A stretch of 21,628 nucleotides of DNA from an uncultured archaeon (GTDB taxonomy: Archaea > Altiarchaeota > Altiarchaeia > JAFGQM01): contig CAZQBY010000013.1 in assembly GCA_964592405.1 (NCBI GenBank), positions 1-21,628 of the forward strand, given 5' to 3'. Below, piece by piece: positions 16,634 to 21,628 of this stretch (the first letter of the stretch is position 1; each line of letters opens with the position of its first letter). The notes beneath the pieces were generated by a model. The model saw only the letters and a program-made list of their open reading frames with translations, made no database searches and was not told the DNA's origin. The translations under genes were made by a program, and so were the position numbers.

Positions 16634-17172
16634 GGTTTGTCCTCCCATACAATGAATGACACTCCGGCTATGCGGCCCGGTTCCGGGTTTCCGCTATCAT
16701 CAGATTCAAGCATAAACCTGAGTTCCGATGCCATGGTGTTTTTAAAAAATTCCGGCGCATTTTCTGACCTGGGGCCAACAGGCAGCAGGTTAGACCAGAG
16801 GCGGTTTTCATCACCCTGTATATTATCATCGGGGTTATGACATCTTTTTATTCCATCAATATAACTTACTGCCCTCACATGGTATACATATCCAGATGGG
16901 AGAGGATAATTTCTCAGAAGATCACTCAGTTCCCTGCAGTTTGTTTCCCTAAGAGGTGGTTGCGGGTCCGCTGATATTGTGTTCTCTGCCATACCCTGCA
17001 CCAGGGTCTCCAGATAGCTGTTCTCTGATAGCCCCTTCATCTGCTCCTCACTCAGATAGAGATACTGAAGACTTGCCCCAATTATCATCATTATTGGCAA
17101 CAGGGAGAAAAGCACATCTATTGAGAAAACCTGCGCCCTTTTTCCGAGGTTTTTTTGTATGTTTGTTCTCAT
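16630..17172 (-). CDS. Class III signal peptide protein (minor pilin-like)
   Basis: KRA|QVFSIDVLFSLL followed by a hydrophobic helix. Confidence 0.82.
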   Translation of the reverse strand: MRTNIQKNLGKRAQVFSIDVLFSLLPIMMIIGASLQYLYLSEEQMKGLSENSYLETLVQGMAENTISADPQPPLRETNCRELSDLLRNYPLPSGYVYHVRAVSYIDGIKRCHNPDDNIQGDENRLWSNLLPVGPRSENAPEFFKNTMASELRFMLESDDSGNPEPGRIAGVSFIVWEDKP

Positions 17173-17187
17173 AGTATTTTCATGTTG

Positions 17188-17541
17188 TTATTGTGTGCAC
17201 GGTTCCAGTCCGCTGTAGAGGCACTGCTGGCAGTTCCATTGATTGATAAGGTTTGAAATGCGTGCAGAAAAGGCTGTCTGGGCCTCTGTACAGTTCTCAG
17301 ACACAACATAGAGATCGGCCTTGTGATCAGCCTCGTCTATCCTTATCAGGTGGGTAGTTGTGCCGCGCGCAGACAGCGCAAGGGCAATTCCCTGTGCCTC
17401 TACCCTTACCCGGGACATCTGGCTGATTTCACTGTTGTAGCGTATTGCCCTGGAAGAAATGGCCCATACAGCCATAATTATGAACAAGACTACGAATGCT
17501 GTTTCAAGCGCTGTTTGGCCCCTTTTATCAATCCGAATCAT
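17188..17541 (-). CDS. Class III signal peptide protein (pilin-like)
   Basis: MIRIDKRG|QTALE (Q+1, E+5). Start 17541 overlaps the upstream stop (ATGA). Confidence 0.85.
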   Translation of the reverse strand: MIRIDKRGQTALETAFVVLFIIMAVWAISSRAIRYNSEISQMSRVRVEAQGIALALSARGTTTHLIRIDEADHKADLYVVSENCTEAQTAFSARISNLINQWNCQQCLYSGLEPCTQ

Positions 17542-18038
17542 GGTGTGCACTCCCCGCAGTTTATATTTCCTCCGGAGAGGTGACATTCCTTAAGGGTTAT
17601 GACATCTCCTGTCTTGTAAGTTCCCAATGCACCCGTCTGGCAGTTTATGTCAAACCCCAGATACCTGACAACCGCTCTGGCAGGGTTGTTTGCATCAGTA
17701 AATATTACCTGCTGCTGGTTAAAAGTAAGCTGATAACTGAGATTGTATCTGGAGCCTGTCTGACCGGGGGCTGTGAAAAGATATTCATCCAGAAGATCCA
17801 GAGAGTAGGTTACGGTGCTAGAACCTATGGAATTGCGGAGGGCATTCAGGTTGCCGACAGTGTAGTCAGCTATCATGTTCAGCCCTGTCAGGGCTCTGCC
17901 ATCCTGTATGGAAATCTCTGATGTCCGCCAGTATGTTATGAGGGAGGAAAAGATTATCAAAGCCATTATTATTGCAAAGCCCAAGTCAAATGAGAGCTGT
18001 CCTGTGACGCCGATTCCTTTCAGAACCCTGTTTTTCAT
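17538..18038 (-). CDS. Class III signal peptide protein (pilin-like)
   Basis: MKNRVLKGIGVTG|QLSFD then hydrophobic helix. Start 18038 overlaps the upstream stop (ATGA). Confidence 0.8.
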   Translation of the reverse strand: MKNRVLKGIGVTGQLSFDLGFAIIMALIIFSSLITYWRTSEISIQDGRALTGLNMIADYTVGNLNALRNSIGSSTVTYSLDLLDEYLFTAPGQTGSRYNLSYQLTFNQQQVIFTDANNPARAVVRYLGFDINCQTGALGTYKTGDVITLKECHLSGGNINCGECTP

Positions 18039-18793
18039 CTTGTCCTTCTCCAATCACCCGGTATGTTGTAGTAGTATCTGCTGAGAATCTCAACCTTGCG
18101 GACATCGGCAGGATACTTTCTGGCAAAAAGGTGAAGATTGAATCCTGCATCCTTGCAAAACTTTATCGGCCTGCCCTCAACATCCAGAAACTGGGTTGAG
18201 GGTCCGCGGGAGATTGTTGAATCCTCTCTCTCTCGAATGTCGCATGTCGCAATGGATTTGTAGAGGAAGGAGTCCGAACTCGGCCAGCGTCCGCGTTCGG
18301 CAGAAAAGTTGAGAGTATTAAGGGGGAACTTCAGCTTCTTGGTGAGCGTCTTATAGAGGAAGGGGGTATTGGGCAGTTCATTCGGACCCACCTCCCAAGG
18401 TGTATACCATATCGGATATCCTGTTGAGTTTACTGAATATTGCGAGAACCCCTCCCCCCCGGGCATCGTGAGATTTGTATAAAGAAGCACGGATATGTTT
18501 ATATGCGGACCTATGCTCTCTCCGTATGTTATGTCAACTGTGTTGTAGGGTATGTGGGCCACAAAGTCATACTTCTCACCAATACCACTCATGCCGGCAA
18601 TCTCCACAGCCGATGCCACAGTATCCAAAAAATGTTCGGCCAGTATAAGATCATTGGTGTCAATGCTTTTCTCTGTTGACTGCTGGATTGGGCCCCCAAG
18701 CCAGATGGATACCAGGACTATGAGTATGAAGAGGAGGAGGATACCTGCCTCTAGGGATATCTGCCCTTTTCCAGATTTGCAGGGTCGGTTCAT
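18035..18793 (-). CDS. Class III signal peptide protein (minor pilin-like)
   Basis: [10 protein letters not shown]|QISLE. Start 18793 overlaps the upstream stop (TAATG). Confidence 0.83.
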   Translation of the reverse strand: MNRPCKSGKGQISLEAGILLLFILIVLVSIWLGGPIQQSTEKSIDTNDLILAEHFLDTVASAVEIAGMSGIGEKYDFVAHIPYNTVDITYGESIGPHINISVLLYTNLTMPGGEGFSQYSVNSTGYPIWYTPWEVGPNELPNTPFLYKTLTKKLKFPLNTLNFSAERGRWPSSDSFLYKSIATCDIREREDSTISRGPSTQFLDVEGRPIKFCKDAGFNLHLFARKYPADVRKVEILSRYYYNIPGDWRRTR

Positions 18794-20457
18794 TATGATG
18801 TTGGACATGGATGGGTACAGCCGCCGTCCCACGCCATGCTGTCGTTCCAGTGCACTGCTGTATCACAGTAATTGCCAAAGCCTGTATTGTTGTGGTCAGG
18901 GGGTTCATCATTCCTTATATCCACAGGGTTGTTTGAACATATTGTATTAAATTGAAGCTTATTTCCAGATGATCCCCCAAATATGTGGACACCTCCTACA
19001 GGGAGGCCTCCAAGTGAAGCCAAAAAGGTGTTTCTAATGATTAAGTTGTCATCTGAGTTGCTTATAACGAGGTTACGCCTGTTGCCCTCCGCAGTGCAGT
19101 GTGAAACCGTAATATCTGAACTTCTCAAGATTAGTATGCCATTACTATACATATTGTTTGAAACGCAGTTGACAATTTCGCTGTCCCGGCTCTGCCGGAA
19201 GACTATGCCATGCGAAAAACCAGTAAGATTACAGTTTCTTATCCTAACATCCTCAGCATTGTGGAAATATATGCCGCCATACCAATCTTGGCCGAGGTGG
19301 TAATGCCCCGTCAGTTTATGGTCTTGGCAGTCCAAGGTCTTACCAGAAATAAGATTAAAATTAGGAGCTATCGCAACCACACATGAACCACCGTTCACGT
19401 CATCAATATCGCCTTCCAGCAGCACTGTATGGCAACCCTCGTCCAAAAGTGCCTGAACAATGCAGTTACATGCATCAGTCTCGCCTCCCCTGAGGTTCTG
19501 TGGGTCCACAAAGCAGTGGCCACTCAGAAGCTTCATATAACATGTCGGGGAAGGTCTTGAGGAGCATGTGCAGTCGTCCCTGCAGAAGCGGCCGGTACCA
19601 CATGGAGCGTCATCACCGTCGCATTCCTCAACCCCCTCCCAGACATATCCGTCGCCGCAGTATGCGTTCATGCAGTTGACACACTCATCGGTGTTGTCAC
19701 TGTCGCCGTCGTCGCACTCCTCGTAGCTCTCATCATCCCGCCGGACATATCCGTCGCCGCAGTATGCGTTCCTGCAGTTGATGCAGCTATCGTTGTTGTA
19801 AGTGTTGCCGTCGTCGCACTCCTCAAACCCGGCCCGGACATATCCGTCGCCGCAGTATGCGTTCCTGCAGTTGATGCAGCTATCGTTGTTGTAAGTGTTG
19901 CCGTCGTCGCACTCCTCGCCCGGATCCAGCTTGCCATCGCCACAGAACGGACCGGGTGGTGCTGCCCATGTGCACTCCTCGGCTGCCATAATCCTGACCC
20001 TGCCGCCATCGTTCTCAAAGGTGAAACAAGCCTTGTAGTTCCTGTCGAGGTCCAGCCCAGTGAAATCGCAGTCCAAATCAAAATCCACAGGCCTTGAATA
20101 GTCCTCCTGGGCGGTCCTCAGAAGGGCAGTCACACCAAAAGCACCGGGATTATCGACGTTGGTAACATCATAAAGTCTGAATTCTGCCTTGATGGAGTCA
20201 CCAGTACACTCAAGGGTGTCAAAATCCCTCCGCATATCTATAATGACATAGTCCCTTGCACCATCCCCGCTTATACCGACAAGATTTGCTTTTTGGGATA
20301 TTGTATCCACGGCCTTGACAGCAAGGGCTGCAGTGCCAACGGTGGTTGATGCAGCATAGCCAACCCTGGCAAGGGGGGAAGATATAAAGGCATAGATGTT
20401 GATAACCACCAAAAGGAGAACTACTATTTCCAAGGTTATCTGTCCCCTGCTTCTCAT
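18793..20457 (-). CDS. Pilin-adhesin fusion: class III signal/pilin domain + Myxococcus-type Cys-rich repeats + right-handed parallel beta-helix
   Basis: MRSRG|QITLE; CGDG...EECDDGN repeats; [11 protein letters not shown] then GIYF/GIVF/GILI..N repeats (NosD/CASH-like). Confidence 0.85.
   Translation of the reverse strand: MRSRGQITLEIVVLLLVVINIYAFISSPLARVGYAASTTVGTAALAVKAVDTISQKANLVGISGDGARDYVIIDMRRDFDTLECTGDSIKAEFRLYDVTNVDNPGAFGVTALLRTAQEDYSRPVDFDLDCDFTGLDLDRNYKACFTFENDGGRVRIMAAEECTWAAPPGPFCGDGKLDPGEECDDGNTYNNDSCINCRNAYCGDGYVRAGFEECDDGNTYNNDSCINCRNAYCGDGYVRRDDESYEECDDGDSDNTDECVNCMNAYCGDGYVWEGVEECDGDDAPCGTGRFCRDDCTCSSRPSPTCYMKLLSGHCFVDPQNLRGGETDACNCIVQALLDEGCHTVLLEGDIDDVNGGSCVVAIAPNFNLISGKTLDCQDHKLTGHYHLGQDWYGGIYFHNAEDVRIRNCNLTGFSHGIVFRQSRDSEIVNCVSNNMYSNGILILRSSDITVSHCTAEGNRRNLVISNSDDNLIIRNTFLASLGGLPVGGVHIFGGSSGNKLQFNTICSNNPVDIRNDEPPDHNNTGFGNYCDTAVHWNDSMAWDGGCTHPCPTS
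19642..19917. repeat. Intragenic tandem repeats encoding Cys-rich units
   Basis: Identical 84-bp copies at 19741-19824 and 19834-19917 (93-bp period); a diverged copy at 19642-19722. Confidence 0.9.
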
Positions 20458-20480
20458 CGGGTTCTATGATATTAATGGGC

Positions 20481-21194
20481 TTAGAATAAAAAGGATGAGG
20501 CTATTGCTATGCACACGGACAGTGCAAGAAGACCAAGGGAGTCCCTTATGACCATAAAAAAGCCTCTGCTCCGCCACTCATGTCTGATTATAGCAAATGA
20601 GAGAAGTGCTCCGGCAAGACTTGTAAGGAAGAAGGCAAGAAGCTGTGGCATATAGGCTATGAATATGGCAGGACTTGCAGAAGAAGCAGTCACGAGGGCG
20701 GATGCATCCCATGCAATAATCAGTACGGCCCCTGCTGCAAAGGCCACAGAAAGGACAAAACAAAGGAGGATAAGACCTATTATACCAGACAAAGTACGGT
20801 TTTTGAGATACTCCAGCTGGGGAGAAAAGAGGGCTTCCCGGCAGGGCAGGGAGCCAGAGCAACGATTCCCGTTGTAGGTCCTGTCGGAAGGCAGAACAAC
20901 AAACCAAAACAAGAAGGAGAGATAAAGACCAATGATTATGACGACCATTATCTGGAGGATATTTCCATACTTATCAAGGAATCTTGTTCTCTTTCTGCTC
21001 TCTGCAACCACAGCCTCTTCATTGGCCATAAGGCTGTAGAGTGGAGGGGTGAGGCCTATGACCAGAAGGGTAATGGCCAGCACGGAACTCTGGGAGGGGA
21101 ATATGAAATATGAGAAGAGCACTGAAAAGGATGTGAATGCAAATATGAGAAAAAGCCACCTAATATGCTCCCGACTGAGAGAGATTTTCACCAT
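20481..21194 (-). CDS. Polytopic membrane protein, SpoIIM/DUF95-like
   Basis: About 6-7 hydrophobic segments; LSVAFAAGAVLIIAWDAS and LAGALLSFAIIRHE patterns. Family call is from pattern recall only. Confidence 0.65.
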   Translation of the reverse strand: MVKISLSREHIRWLFLIFAFTSFSVLFSYFIFPSQSSVLAITLLVIGLTPPLYSLMANEEAVVAESRKRTRFLDKYGNILQIMVVIIIGLYLSFLFWFVVLPSDRTYNGNRCSGSLPCREALFSPQLEYLKNRTLSGIIGLILLCFVLSVAFAAGAVLIIAWDASALVTASSASPAIFIAYMPQLLAFFLTSLAGALLSFAIIRHEWRSRGFFMVIRDSLGLLALSVCIAIASSFLF

Positions 21195-21208
21195 GGACTG
21201 TTTGACTG

Positions 21209-21379
21209 CTAGGTGAGTATCCAGTCGATGACCTGACCGCGGGTGGTGTCTATCCTACCGCCCAGCCCCGTCCCGATCTGCTCAACATAGCCTATCATAG
21301 TCAGGACGAGGATTAGAAGTGTCAGTACAACAGCTATCATAAGCATGTATTCCAGCGCTGTCTGTCCTCTCCGCTTCAT
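21209..21379 (-). CDS. Small class III signal peptide pilin (56 aa; not in the ORF track)
   Basis: Manual translation: MKRRG|QTALEYMLMIAVVLTLLILVLTMIGYVEQIGTGLGGRIDTTRGQVIDWILT*. Confidence 0.88.
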   Translation of the reverse strand: MKRRGQTALEYMLMIAVVLTLLILVLTMIGYVEQIGTGLGGRIDTTRGQVIDWILT

Positions 21380-21413
21380 TTTATTTTATGATTCAAACAA
21401 CTATGCACACAGC

Positions 21414-21628
21414 TCACGGGCCTGTCTGACAGAACCCGGAGGCTATGTCACACCGTCCGGAGTCTCCCCCACAGGCAGGTATCTTGCACTGGCTGTCATC
21501 AGTGCACTCCGTGGTGACGCATATGACATTGCCGGCCCGGTTTATTGTCGTATCTTCCACATTACTGGAAAAGGACTGGTTCCAGACCACTATGATAACC
21601 ACGACCGCTATGACCAAGGCAACTATCA
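21414..21628 (-). CDS. 5'-truncated probable pilin-like protein with Cys-rich C-terminus
   Basis: Frame open to the window edge: IVALVIAVVVIIVVWNQ...CVTTECTDDSQCKIPACGGDSGRCDIASGFC. Confidence 0.7.
   Translation of the reverse strand, partial: IVALVIAVVVIIVVWNQSFSSNVEDTTINRAGNVICVTTECTDDSQCKIPACGGDSGRCDIASGFCQTGP

Noticed and set aside
16634-18832. Longer N-termini in the ORF track for 16648, 17586, 18053 and 18832
   Set aside because: Downstream ATGs overlap the upstream stops (ATGA/TAATG) and give short, typical class III leaders.
1525-20907. Many antisense or alternate-frame ORFs (e.g. 3208-3939, 4895-5377, 9303-9878, 10079-10630, 14084-14608, 16212-16655)
   Set aside because: They are shadows of well-supported genes, with Ser/Pro/Leu-biased translations and no motifs.
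15851-21628. Archaellum operon
   Set aside because: No archaellin-type GIGTLIIFIA N-terminus and no arlH/I/J genes.

Overview
Archaeal genomic window: TATA-type promoters, a BHB tRNA intron, split GMP synthase subunit B, RibL, TrpB2, DUF371 and class III signal-peptide pilins. A DPANN/Altiarchaeota-like or euryarchaeal host is plausible but not provable from sequence alone. Left to right: hxlB; tRNA-Ala(UGC) with a 125-nt hairpin-packed intron, followed by two ~88-bp units that each end in a copy of the tRNA 3' end and fold into the same long hairpin; tRNA-Lys(UUU); trpB2; a Cys-rich membrane protein and a truncated paralog; ribL/thiL; guaAB-acyP-mscS; an AT-rich, cassette-like Cys-rich gene; a surface-protein cluster (Cys-rich proteins, VIT/vWA protein, beta-propeller protein); and a minus-strand operon of at least 8-9 pilin-like genes, including a pilin-adhesin fusion, a SpoIIM-like membrane protein and DUF371. 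The most unusual element is the tRNA-Ala locus (878-1307).
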